Assembly: GCA_032718475.1 (NCBI GenBank)
Contig: JAUCBJ010007119.1
Location: 5,793-69,792, forward strand
DNA: 64,000 nt
Origin: Nemertoderma westbladi
Taxonomy: Eukaryota > Animalia > Xenacoelomorpha
Direction: 5' to 3'
Below are positions 12,581 to 24,519 of the stretch, piece after piece (the stretch's first letter is position 1; each line of letters begins with the position of its first letter). The notes below the pieces were generated by a model. The model made no database searches and was not told the DNA's origin. It saw only the letters and a program-made list of their open reading frames with translations. The translations under genes were made by a program, and so were the position numbers.

Positions 12581-13075
12581 ATTCGTTGTTCAAGATACTT
12601 TCACAGAAGAAGCAATATTTGAAAATTCGTATTTACAAATACATGTCATGTCAGATCAATCGCCTTGTTTCAATAGTACAATCATTTATTTATACTATAA
12701 ACTATTATTTCCACAAGGAATAATATAATATTAGAGCAAATTGGAAAAATTCCATTTATAATTAATAATAATATTCGTATTAATATATTCGTAATTCGTA
12801 ATATAAATAATATTCGATTAAATCGAAACGTACTAATCTTATTATAAATGATTTATTTCCAATTTGCGCTAATATTATTATACTTTATATAAAAATAATA
12901 TCTTATAGTATAAATGTATAGATAAGTAATACTCCCCCCGTGTGCACGATATATGTTATGTTTCAGTCTAATTACGTCATCAGATTATACTATCATTGAA
13001 TATATATTTGGCTTGAGATTTGAGAAATTAGCGCTTAAATTAATAATTTAGACACAATACTCTAGACTTTGAGTT

Positions 13076-14255
13076 TCAATGGTGCAGTCCATTAAAGTTA
13101 AGACCGGGGTTAGATAAACAACTCCCTAAATTCGGACTGGTCATATCCATGCTTCCGAAATGCTGATTGGTCAGATCGCTGCCCCCTATATGCTGATTGG
13201 TCAAATCGCTGCTCCTTAAATATATTCCTGGAGGAGGGAAGGGGGGAGGTAGGGGCGGAAATCCGCTGGAGCGGTCCAATAAGCCGGGCCATGGACCACC
13301 CCTCTCGAGCCACGTACCACCCCTCTCGGGCCACGTACCACCCCTCTCGGGCCACGTACCACCCCTCTCGGGCCACGTACCACCCCTCTCGGGCCACGTT
13401 CCACCCCTCTCGGGCCACGGACCACCCCTCTCGGGCCACGGACCACCCCTCTCGGGCCACAGTCTACCTGTCGGAATAGTGCAGCTGAGTTGGAAGACCA
13501 AGCGATGCAGTTCCGTGACTGTCCGGTTGAGGGCCACGATATAGTTCTTGGCAACGGCTAGCGTTCCAATCTTACTTAGCTTACGGACCGCGGGATTGTT
13601 TGCGTACGGCATCACGTCACGCAATCCGTCCAACGCAGCGTTCAGACCATGCATTCGTTTCCCTGTAAAAGTGTGTTAATAGGTAATATTAGCTTGTAGA
13701 CTAACCAAAGGTTCATACTGTACAATAAACTATTATTATTATTTTTATTAATGTAGGTATACCAGTTATCAATTAATGGTATAGTGCCATTAATTGTTCA
13801 AAAGTATGATCTAATAATTTCGTTGGCATGTTGCCATGATAAATCCATTGACTGGGAAATTCATTTATCTTATCTTAAAATGCATCCCACCAAGGTAATT
13901 TATTTTGTAGAAGTTTTTTAATTATACCTTAAAAATTAATAACAATTAATTGGTAACAATTAAGAGTAGACATCCACTTACGTTCACGACTATTGATTTT
14001 AAGGCGATGTTCTAGAGATATCCTCGCGGTTTTCCGTTGTAGACTACTGGCTGTTGACTGACTCAAAGATTGTCTGTTTCCTGGGTCCATTGGAGTCCTT
14101 AGACTAAGATATGCTTTTGTTTCTGAATTCTCCATTGCGGACACTGCAAATAACTGTGACTGTGTTATTGTTGTAATTTCTCCAGTGGAACTTGGTGAAC
14201 AACTTGATGATCTAGAAAACCCCTGTTCTGCCATTGATGACTTATGGACTTCCAT
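13076..14255 (-). CDS. olig: Olig-family bHLH transcription factor, two exons (14255-13982 and 13662-13076), about 286 aa
   Basis: Splicing GAAC|GTAAGT...TTTTACAG|GG gives [50 protein letters not shown], close to the Olig2/3 bHLH. The exon lengths, 274 + 587 = 861 nt, are in frame. Confidence 0.88.
13287..13460 (-). repeat. Coding 21-bp minisatellite, about 8 units, encoding WPERGG[P/T]
   Basis: Tandem GGCCACG(T/G)ACCACCCCTCTCG units on the plus strand. Confidence 0.95.
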
Positions 14256-16297
14256 ACTTTTTAGTTAATGTTCTAAACAGCGCTCGATTAAAAAAATTTG
14301 TAAATGTTATATTAACTGATCTGAAGTCAGCTTTCTCCATGTTCATCGCTAATATAAAACCTGAGTAAATGTGTTACTCGGGTTAGAGTTCTGATTGGAC
14401 GAGCACAAAACGGAATGCCCCTCTGCATTCAACTTCGTTAGGAGTTAGGCAGGATCTGCCCAATAAGCCCTCGGCATGGTCTTAGCGATAGTGCAAACGT
14501 TTATTTTAACGTAAGGTAAGTTACACTGATAACTCAAAGAGTGAAACATAATGATTTAGAGAAATTAACACAATTACATACAATGTCCATCACAATGTCA
14601 CTAAATAAATGGTAGTAAAATTATTTAAACTTAAACTTGTTTACACGGACTATGGTGCCGGATGGTGGACCATCTGTTAGCAGTTTAGTTTGTTTTGTTA
14701 GAATTGTAATATAATTCCTCCTGAAAACCTGTTAACATATTGACATTCACCGGCTTGTTTGAGCTGCTTAAACTGTTGTTGGGTTTCCTCCACTAACCAC
14801 AAAATGGCTCAAAATCCGACGACTGAAGCTTTTGTCCTTAATGTATCAGCAATAATGTTAGCCTTTGTTTTACTGCCATGCCTGAAATCTTCGGCCGAAT
14901 TTTATAAAAATTTGTATGAGGAAGGGGAATGTATCTTCACTGCACTATTTGGGGGTTGAAAAATTCCAAAACACCACACTCCCATATATCGAAAATCCCA
15001 GTAACATCCACCCCCAAACAGTTGAAATAGCTTTGATATGCAATAATATCATAACAGAACACAAGCTAAGAAACACCAAGCATTTCGTAGCTTTTATTTT
15101 ATCTTATTTAAATTTGATCATAAAATGCTTTTTAACACTAACAATATTTATTCGGCAAAAATAATGTTGTTAGTTCGTCTTTAATCATTGCCTTTTCACA
15201 ATAATCAGTAACAACCAACATAGTTGTACTCAGTGTATTCTTCCAATTTAAAATAAACAGTAAGTGTAATACCATTTCCTCCCAAGATCCCATTCTTTCA
15301 TAAAGTAAATGCATCCACCAATATGGCAAGTGGGTTTGTTATGAATAGAGCCGCCTGTTACTGTGATTGCATTAAGTAAATATTTGCCCCGTACCAACTA
15401 CCGAGCTAATGGCTCACCACCTGCTAAAAAACCGACCCATTTGAAAGAGAATAGGGGTTGGGACCATTATAAGATTGAACTGTCATGAGTGTGAGTCTCC
15501 CGGGATTGTTGGCCATAGAGGTAGTTTTGACGACTAAATCAGTGTTAAACATTTCTTTCTTTTCGTCTGTTCTTCCTTGTTCCTTCCGAGAGGAACGTTT
15601 TTGGAATGTTATCCATTTATTTTCATTTATTCAACATTTATTCATATATTTTTTTTACACCCTATAATAATAATATCAGCTGCCGGACTATATCATGTTC
15701 GGCCGCAGCCCCTCCTTAACATGTGGGGCACCGTGTGAATTGTGGGTCTCCCTAAAACCCGGTCCGGTACCGGTACCTACTGTAATAAATGTGTCAATAG
15801 CTATAAACTAACACGTTCGTGGGGCCATCGCGCAGGACGAGGTTCAGTTATTAGATACAGATTAAAATTGGGCAATTTTATCCCAAAATCGGTACTTAAG
15901 AAATTGAAATAAATAAATAAGAAATTTAACCAAACCGCCTATAAGAATAAATCAAAGAAGAAAGGAAAGTTCCCCTTACCTTATATTGTATTGATACTGA
16001 AATATTAATTTATCATGTTAATGCCTCAACGTAATCATTTAGCTAATATCTAAAGAATCACCATTAAATTCAGCTGTGACGGAATCCACTGGAGTTGACA
16101 GTGGTGGATTCCGACCGGTGTATGGACTGTACGCGTCGTCGCGTCCGTGGGCTGCTGGGCTGACACTGGATATATTAGGCCGAAGGCCGTTGAAAATGAC
16201 AGAGTTAAATTGTCAGTATTAATAATCACAGTAATTGATAATAGCACAGTCTGAATATAATAGCATGCAATACAACGGTCAGTAACGACGACGGTCA

Positions 16298-16575
16298 TTG
16301 CTTTGCAGGACATTGCTTTCGCCGTGAGGACCAGCCAGTGCATAATCTTGTACTTTGGCAGCCTCATGGAGTGAATAAGCATGGTGGACAGCCCATGACT
16401 TTCTTGAGACGTATCTTAAAGGACACTGGCCTTAAAGATGCGGATGATCTAGCAAATGTCATGGGTGATAGGGAGTTGTGGCGGTGCAATTTTGTTGACA
16501 AGCCGGCACAGCATTCTTAAAAATGCAGCTGCAATGCAGCATGCCGATCCTAGTAGTAGTAGTAGTAGTAGTAGT
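16298..16575 (+). mobile_element. 5'-truncated RTE-like LINE 3' end with (AGT)n tail
   Basis: Encodes VLWQPHG...DLANVMGDRELWR. 17-bp TSD AGTAACGACGACGGTCA at 16281-16297 and 16576-16592. Confidence 0.82.
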
Positions 16576-16921
16576 AGTAACGACGACGGTCAAAACTATT
16601 CCGGTCTCACAACTGTAAGGAAATCAACTAAACTAATAATCAGTAATCATAACGGTTATATCATTGACACATATTACATTAGCCCTACACTACTGGACGG
16701 CCAATAGATGCGCTCTTGTCCTCTCCAATGTACGTTCCCGCCGACTATTGGCTTAACCTGATTAATTCTCACCTCGCCATTCCCTGTTGGCGTTATCCCT
16801 TGGTGCTAGCCTTACTAGCTTGTTTGTCCCTCTGAGGTGGTTTGACCTCTCACCTCTCTCTGTGGCTTATGGCGTGTGTCGCCCCAGTTTGTTATGAGGT
16901 GAGATTATTATTGGTAATCTC

Positions 16922-17139
16922 TACTGCTACTACTACTAGGATCGGCATGCTGCATTGCAGCTGCATTTTTAAGAATGCTGTGCCGGCTTGTCAACAAAAT
17001 CGCACCGCCACAACTCCCTATCACCCATGACATTTGCTAGATCATCCGCATCTTTAAGGCCAGTGTCCTTTAAGATGCGTCTCAAGAAAGTCATGGGCTG
17101 TCCACCATGCTTATTCACTCCATGAGGCTGCCAAAGTAC
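16922..17139 (-). mobile_element. Second, inverted copy of the same RTE-like 3' end
   Basis: Near-identical reverse complement of about 16348-16565. TSD ATTGGTAATCTC at 16910-16921 and 17140-17151. Confidence 0.82.
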
Positions 17140-17354
17140 ATTGGTAATCTCACATCGCCAACTATTTTGGTAAAATGCCACTAATCCCAGTTTCGGTGGG
17201 TAATGCACGGAATTAAGCCGCTTACATCAGCCAATCAGTGTGCTAGATAGAGCAAGCTCAGTGGAAGGATGATTGGAATGTCTCCCATCTAGGCAATATC
17301 AAGAATACCAAGGATTGATGAGACTGGAAGTATAGAGTGATGGAATGCATTTTA

Positions 17355-17990
17355 ACTTAATTACGTTTAGATCAATTAAAAACACATTTCTTAAAGCAGA
17401 TCTCTTGAACTAATTAAAAACTATAATGGAATAGTGTATGAGGATTACAGCTGTATAACTTTTAAGTATAATTATTTAAATCTTATACTAGAAAATAGTT
17501 AATATTCTTTAAGGAGGCAGGTTGAAATTGATGTTTTTACCCTAATCAACTTAATTAACTAATTAACTGCTATTATCTTAGCTTCTCGAAGGCCACGCGA
17601 AAATTTAACTTGGAAAATTTCTAAACTTTTGCCAGACTACATGTGTACCAAGTTTGGTTAAATTTCATTAATATTTGGCTGAGTTATTAACCAACTTAAT
17701 TAACTAATTAACTGCTATTATCTTAGCTTCTCGAAGTCCACGCAAAAATTCAACTTGGAAAATTTCTAAACTTTTGCCAGACTACATGTGTACCAGGTTT
17801 GGTTAAATTTCATTAACATTTGGCTGAGTTATTAACGTTTAAAATTGGACACAACAGATCAACAGAACAACAGATCAACAGAACAACAGATCAGCAGAGC
17901 AATACGTTCGTGGGGCCTTCGCGCAGCACGAGGCCCAGTTATGAGATACAAATTAAAACTGAGCGACTGTATCACAAAATCAGTATTTGA
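17355..17990 (+). repeat. Dispersed non-autonomous Helentron/HINE-like repeat (copies at about 52040-52475 and 55535-55965)
   Basis: Shared core TTAATTAACTAATTAACTGC...ATGTGTACCAAGTTTGG, duplicated here, followed by an ACAGA-type microsatellite and a GC hairpin. Confidence 0.55.
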
Positions 17991-18030
17991 GAAATTTACC
18001 CACACCACCAATCAATTAAAGAAAGGGGTA

Positions 18031-19204
18031 TGTTCGCGCTTTTAGACCTTTAGCAGTTTAACCTGCCAAATTTAGGTGTCTTCTAGGTTATAAATCGACT
18101 TTAGCCTATGACGAGTATTTGATACACTACATTAGCCGAAGCCAGCCTATGCGCGACCATTCACCCGCTGGATATACCCGGGAGACTGGATTCGGAAGCT
18201 CTAACCTTATTGCGATGTAGGCCTACTGTATTATTCGATTGATCGTTAATATATAATCTCTGACCAATATTATTCACTTTCGGGAAATATTAACAGTTCC
18301 TTTAGGACGTGGCTCTCTAAGTATGTAAACAGAGTTATGACTTACACTAAACACAACGGGATGGTTATTGATTCACGTATAAAGCGCATTCTTTAGGAGA
18401 AGCTTTGTTATCTGTCACAGTCATGCACACTACCGCACAATGCTGCACACCGATCTGCCGACCTTCACTAATTTTAGTCACATATAAAGAGAACAGCAAC
18501 CGACACATGTAGTGCCTATGAAATAGCATTAGATTCACTCCAAAACCAATATAATGTAAGTCGCAATTGCTATATGTAACCGGTCTCTTACCTTCAGTAT
18601 ATCAAGAAGATTGGGGTTTTATGATTATTTATCGATATTATCCAAATATAACAATATTCCATCAACTGATACAATTAATAACCGACAGTAAATAGCAGTA
18701 AAATAATGCGGTGTTTGTAGGTGACAATATGATTTGATTTGGCAGTTTGTGAATTGATAACAGTTATATGTTTCTATGATCAAAGCCGTTCTAATGTTTG
18801 GCTAAAGTCTGCAACACAGAATAATTCCACAGCCGATGTTCTGGCATCAGGAAAAAAGGTAAACATAAACCATAACGCATTGCGCGATTTCCCGGAGGCT
18901 TCTGTACAAATAAAATGAAAATCGCTCTGATTGGTCGACCGAACAAAGAACAAAGAAAAAGTTACACGTGTACATATCAGCTGATAGATGTCGTCATCTG
19001 AACTTATACTGTACTAAGAGTATTTTGGCGTATTGCGACATAAAATTGCTAGTTATGTCCGCTAAAGTACACATACAGAAGAAATGGCTTTTTATGTCCA
19101 CTAAAACACCGGTACAGTAAGGAAACGGCTTTTTATGTCCGTTAAAACACCTACAGAGTACTTTGCGGGGAAAATAACCAGCTAATTCCGCAAAAGCCTT
19201 TACA
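18031..19204 (-). repeat. 3' LTR of copy 2
   Basis: Direct repeat of 35592-36765. Confidence 0.97.
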
Positions 19205-19212
19205 CCGCTCCC
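19205..19212 (-). promoter_or_regulatory. Polypurine tract (GGGAGCGG); same sequence at 39039-39046 in copy 3
   Basis: Purine-rich run immediately upstream of the 3' LTR on the minus strand. Confidence 0.7.
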
Positions 19213-21104
19213 AGAAAATGGGATTTAATTCTATAAAATATAAAAAATCCCAGTTTCTAAAATATAAAAATACTCTAAACAGTTAGTCTTTCTTGCGCGG
19301 ACGGCATTTACGCAGTTTTTTGAGGCTAGCAAGAGTCCTTTTCTCTTTGGGGCGAGCCACTTTACTAGGAGGGCTATAACTCCTGGGTGAAGGGTGCAAT
19401 ACAATTGCATCAGAAGGTTTAGGATTACGGTCGGTGTATCCACCGGTCGAGGTACCTGGTTGATCGATATCAACTTCAGTGGAGCGAGGTCTAACGGCCT
19501 TTAGAGCGCGTCTTAGGACAGCAGCTCCTACTGGTCCCTGACGAGTCATCTGGACAATAGCGGTAGGTGGACCGCGAGTGGTGAGAAACTTCCTCGGTTT
19601 AATGGTTCTTTCCAGCTCGCGTTCTCGGGCTCGATATTCGTAGGGCCGTCGATGTACTTCCTGTAACTCAGGGTGCGAGTTGATGAACAAATCGCCATAC
19701 TCAGGGTCTTGACGGATGAAATTGGTCAAATTGTATGAATTAATATCGTTAGGATTGATGTTCCTGAGATATTTATGAACAAATTTGGTGGAAATACACT
19801 CACCTACACGCTTCATTAGTTCGTAACTCGGTGTGCGCGATTTTTGTTCAACAGATGCGAATAGATAAGGATGGAATGCGTAAACTCCTTCGTAGGCGCG
19901 TCCAGGGTAATAGCGATGGCGTGACTCACAATGTAAATCCGCATTCGCTTCCCAAGCTCGGATGTAGCGCAGGGTAATCATCTCATCTACGCTTTCCAGA
20001 TCGCGGTTAAAAGGGCAATCAAAACTGGCATGTCCTTTAAGTTGACAATGATGGCATTGAGTCATAAATTGGGGGCAGACTGCGAAAATGTGCGAGTTAT
20101 TGAGTCTGCAATACGCACAATAGATCTCCATCATCGGTTGTTCATGGAAATAGGAGCAGGGTACGTCTGAGTCCATAGGGGTGAAATGATCTCTCGATGC
20201 GCATAATCGGCAACGTTTTCGAGAAACATAGTTGGCATGCCGATAATCGTATGCGGTGAGACATTGTGGACCTTGATACCATTCCAAGACGTAGTCGTTA
20301 TCGCTGCTCCGGGGCACTGTAGGTTGAATCTCCTCAGATTCTAAGCATATTGGTTCGTCTTCCAATTGCATAGCTGAGGTAGGTGCGGCTGTCTCCGCAA
20401 GCAAACCCACTGTCTGAACTTCCACGACAGAATAACCCGTGGGTATTCGAGGTCTTTGTATAACAGATGAATGTAAGTTCTGTATACAAACGTCCTTGAA
20501 AAGGGCGAATCCCGCGCTGTCTAACTTCTCCGCAGCTGAGTCTCTTAGGCTGAGCTTGGTCAGAGCGCGGTCCTTGAACTGACTATCAACGTTACGGAAC
20601 GGAGTCAGAAAGCGCCTGAAACATTCGAAGCAGATTAATTTATTGTGTTCATCTAGCTTGGCGAGTTTGGTTCCAAGTATTAAGGGATGGGCGCGTATGG
20701 TACGACTGCACACATCGGCTAGCCAACCGGCAAGTGCGGCGTTTTCAAAGATCGTGTATATAGCTAAGGAGGGACGAAGTGGAACACTCATAAAGCTATA
20801 CACGGCGCCAGGTGCGGTCAATGGTCCGTCAAAGTATAATCCAGAATAATGATCTCCATATACTTGTTGGTAGTTGATAGGATTTCCAACCTTGAAATTC
20901 CATCCGTATTCTTATACATTTATTATAGGAAGGGATCTAGGGGTCTTAACCTCTAATGACAAGTTTATTTTACCGAAAATAACTTATCTTTTATTGGCGC
21001 AATTGTAGGACTAATCCCATCACATGCGTACTTTTTAACAGGGTAGTGTACAAATTTAGAAACCGCGTAATTTTTCTTGAAATTAATATCTCATATCTCT
21101 CCAA

Positions 21105-21147
21105 ACCACGTACGCGTTTCGACCTTACTGGGTCTCATCAGCGTGGT
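21105..21147 (-). ncRNA. Type I hammerhead ribozyme (minimal, palindromic stem III)
   Basis: ACCACG-CTGATGA-GACC(CAGTAA)GGTC-GAA-ACGCGT-A-CGTGGT: all core nucleotides and stems I and II are present. Confidence 0.85.
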
Positions 21148-21255
21148 GTCGGATTCGAACCTGGGACCTCGAGGTGGAAGCCGAGACTGGGTGAGGTGGG
21201 GGCCTAGTGGTTGTAGTCTCGGCTTCCACCTCGAGGTCCCAGGTTCGAATCCGAC

Positions 21256-21298
21256 ACCACGCTGATGAGACCCAGTAAGGTCGAAATGCGTACGTAGT
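21256..21298 (+). ncRNA. Type I hammerhead ribozyme, mirror copy with two substitutions
   Basis: ACCACG-CTGATGA-GACC(CAGTAA)GGTC-GAA-ATGCGT-A-CGTAGT. Confidence 0.75.
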
Positions 21299-24200
21299 TT
21301 GGAGAGATATGAGATATTAATTTCAAGAAAAATTACGTGGTTCCTAAATTTGTACACTACCCGGTTAAAAAGTACGCATGTGATGGGATTAGTCCTACAA
21401 TTGCGCCAATAAAAGATAAGTTATTTTCGGTAAAATAAACTTATCATTCGAGGTTAAGACCCCTAGATCCCTTCCTATAATAAATGTATAATAACAAACA
21501 CCTCGATAAATACAGCTTGCCAACCAACACATTGTTACTATCAATAATCCGTATTCTTGAAAGGCAAGATGTCCGATGGAGGTTCGTTGTACTTTAGTAA
21601 TGCCGCTGGGTGTATTTGCATACATAGTGCGGAAGAAACCTCGGCCTTCTGCCCAGGGAGCAATCAGCTGAGTATCGACGAAAGGATATGGAATGTTCTC
21701 CATGTTCCCGTTGTATGGCCGCCAGTGATGGTAGAGAGCAGAGGAAAACCTATGTTGCATTCTGAAATATTCAGAAATACGATCTCAGTAGGAGGATTCA
21801 AACGTTCGAAGACTATCTCCAAATGAATTTATCCCCAGTTATTAGGGGGGTGAACAACCAGATTTATGACACATAATGGTACCAGTTGTTCACGAACTAT
21901 CCGCGTGTCCTTTCAGTCCTTGTATCACGGTTGTGGACTTAAGGAAATTATTGATGGTTGATTTTCTAATCAACAACGAGAGGGTGGAAGTTGATATCAT
22001 AAATATCAACAGAATGTGACATGGACAGGAGGGGCGGACACCAATATGAGCATCCAGATCAATAGTAAGGGATGAGGAGGTTTAGTAGTAAGTGGTACGA
22101 TCCATACCACGATACCACTAGGATTGGTCGATCGTCTCCCAAAGCTCCGAGCGCGTTGGGAAGAGAAGGTGGGACGAAGTATGTTGTATCTTCAATAGCG
22201 ATGTATAGAGGGATAATGGTAGTAAGGAGGAGGAAGGATATATGGTAGTATCTGTAAGATACCACGATGGACTTGTTTTCCGTTATGTCACCATTCATTC
22301 TTGCTCTTTAATTGCGACACTGATCACAATAATTACAGGAAGACGATGAAATAAGAGAAAATTACAGCCTCCCGAAGGAGACGGCCCGCGAGCACCCGTG
22401 CCCCGGGGAATATTATTCACATTATGGACCCTGGACATTAACGTATGTCTTTTCTCCAGTGATTCTCCTCTACTTGTCTTTACAAGCCTTCTTCCACATT
22501 CCATCTTTCGAGTCTGTTTCGAATAGAATTCTCATGTTCTATTCTCGGTTTATCGTTCAGACTCCACTGGGTATGATATTTAAATAAAACCATTTCCCTT
22601 TCGGTGTCTACATCGTCCGTCTCGTGTAAATCGATAGGATGGCCAGTAGTTAAGAATTCCATATACGTACCATTACGATGCGTATAGCGAGCGGTGAATT
22701 TTCTATAGTCCAATTCACGCGTAAGTTGCTCCTGGGACATTGGCGGTTCGATATAACGACCATCGTCCTCCGTAGTAGTTGGACCAGCGTCGCCGCGTAT
22801 CAAGCTATCAACAAACGCTTGTAACGGTAGAGTATATCGCTCCCTGATACCAAGATCATCTTCTATCAACTCAGTCATATCTGCTATATGAGTTTATTAA
22901 TATTATAATAAATTTATATTTAGGCTAGCGGGCGTCGCTGCCTACCCCTCTCTGCCCCCGGACAGTGCAAGATCCTCAGCGCTGATGTACCATCGTCGCT
23001 GTGTTTTTCGCCAACGTAGTAGCTACACAACGACAACAATAACCAGCACAAGTCACTCCACTGTCCGTCCCAAAGGCTTAGATTTACTTCAGGTTCTTGC
23101 TGCAGAGTTAGGGCTACTTTCACAATTGCGACTCGCTACTGTAAACACACTTTAGTAGTAACATTCACCTATAAACGCACAAATTCCACACAACTGTCAC
23201 AAATTGTACACATTCGGGCCATTGGTCCGTTAGTCAGTGCCTTCCAGAATGCCACGTTATTATTATGTATCCTTGGATACTAGCAGTGTGCTATTTATTC
23301 CCTATGCTATTCAATGGGGCAAGCTTTCTATTGTTCTTTTAACTCACTTCTAATTCTAGCGTGGTTGTTGCTATGGTGACATTATGGAAAGCTAGCAGTA
23401 GAATTAGGGTAATTCTCATGCATACAGATCTGGGATGCTATTTAATAGTAATTCTTTAATTGTCAATATCCCCTTTATACATGATTTTATGAATTTTATC
23501 GGCTATTGACTATATATTGGAGATTCTCGCACACTAATACACTTAATAGGGCGAATCTCCGCTCCCATGATCTATTAATTAATGTAATTTTGGGAATATT
23601 ATAAATTGTATAAAATGACAATTTATCAAATTCATTAACAGAGATGAATTAGAATTTATTCCCGTAAATTTTATTATTTAATATTAAAATAGACACAATT
23701 TTATTCCAGAACATGTCTGGGGACTGGGATCCTTGATTCTAGGAAATTTGTCCTTTTAAGAGTATCGGTAAGTGCTACGATATCTTAATAGACTAGAATT
23801 TTAAAGGATCTGAAATTTGACAGATTTTATAAATATTAATAGTTAATATTTAAGATGGGCACCGGTTTATTCCAGAACATGTCTGGGGACGTTAACCATT
23901 GATTCTAGAATTTTGTCTTTCAAGTATATCGGTGGGTGCCGCGATATCTTAATCGACTAGAATTACAGATGGTCAAAGGGTTTAACAGATTTATTTGCGT
24001 TGTACGCTACTGTTAAAGGGACATCACGCTACTATATGTATTATTTAATATATGGTATGAGAGCAATATCGCAAGAAGCAATGTCAGTGAGAAGAGGCAA
24101 GTCGTTTCCAAGGTCTACCCAGAGCTTGGTTTAGCCGAGACACGAGGATCTGAATTTTGCATTCCTAATACTCTACTTACCAATAATACTTGAATATAGT

Positions 24201-24519
24201 AGGAGCTTTATTGTACTTTAATAAGTATGGACATTTCATCTTACTGTAGTCACGTATTTATAATGTACTATGGACAGTAAGGAAAGAGAAAAAGAATTAT
24301 TTCTCGCCGTCGCACTAAATATATAATATAGAAGTAATTAAGTAATAAACGCAAATATATATATGGCACTAATCTACTAAATAATCGCTAAAATAACATT
24401 CTACTAAATAAAATTAAAGAAAACGATTATAATAAAATTACATAATAATACATACCTAAATATAAAAATAATGAAGACAGATATCAAATAATATAGTCAC
24501 ACACCCACTCCAGACGCTG

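Larger units (their letters stand above)
20914..21546. mobile_element. Fold-back retroposon insert (Penelope-like/retrozyme-like) with about 275-bp inverted arms, a tRNA-like head and hammerheads
   Basis: Arms at about 20914-21188 and 21214-21489. 12-bp TSD ATCCGTATTCTT at 20902-20913 and 21547-21558. A-box GGCCTAGTGG and B-box GGTTCGAATCC. Confidence 0.8.
19283..22878 (-). pseudogene. 3' accessory ORF of copy 2 (not env; Cys/His zinc-knuckle cluster, basic C-terminus), broken by an insertion and frameshifts
   Basis: Pieces at 22878-22480, 21760-21559 and 20913-19283. Removing 20914-21546 plus one TSD copy gives ...LAFQEYG-WNFKVGNP...GPLTAPG in one frame. Motifs include CRLCASRDH, CAYCRLNNSHIFAVC and CHHCQLKGHASFDC. 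Confidence 0.7.

Noticed and set aside
13287-13460. CRISPR-like array
   Set aside because: Head-to-tail 21-bp units with no spacers, inside a eukaryotic exon.
14640-15350. Possible further LINE RT relic upstream of the Olig gene
   Set aside because: Only faint motif traces, too decayed to support a call.
19283-20821. env gene or captured nanos
   Set aside because: No visible signal peptide or transmembrane anchor, and the Cys/His spacing is knuckle-like rather than the Nanos C-x2-C-x12-H-x10-C pattern.
21195-21260. Functional tRNA gene
   Set aside because: A and B boxes are present but there is no convincing acceptor stem, and it is embedded in a TSD-flanked insert. Treated as a SINE-like head; the same applies to the relics at about 60063 and 63053.
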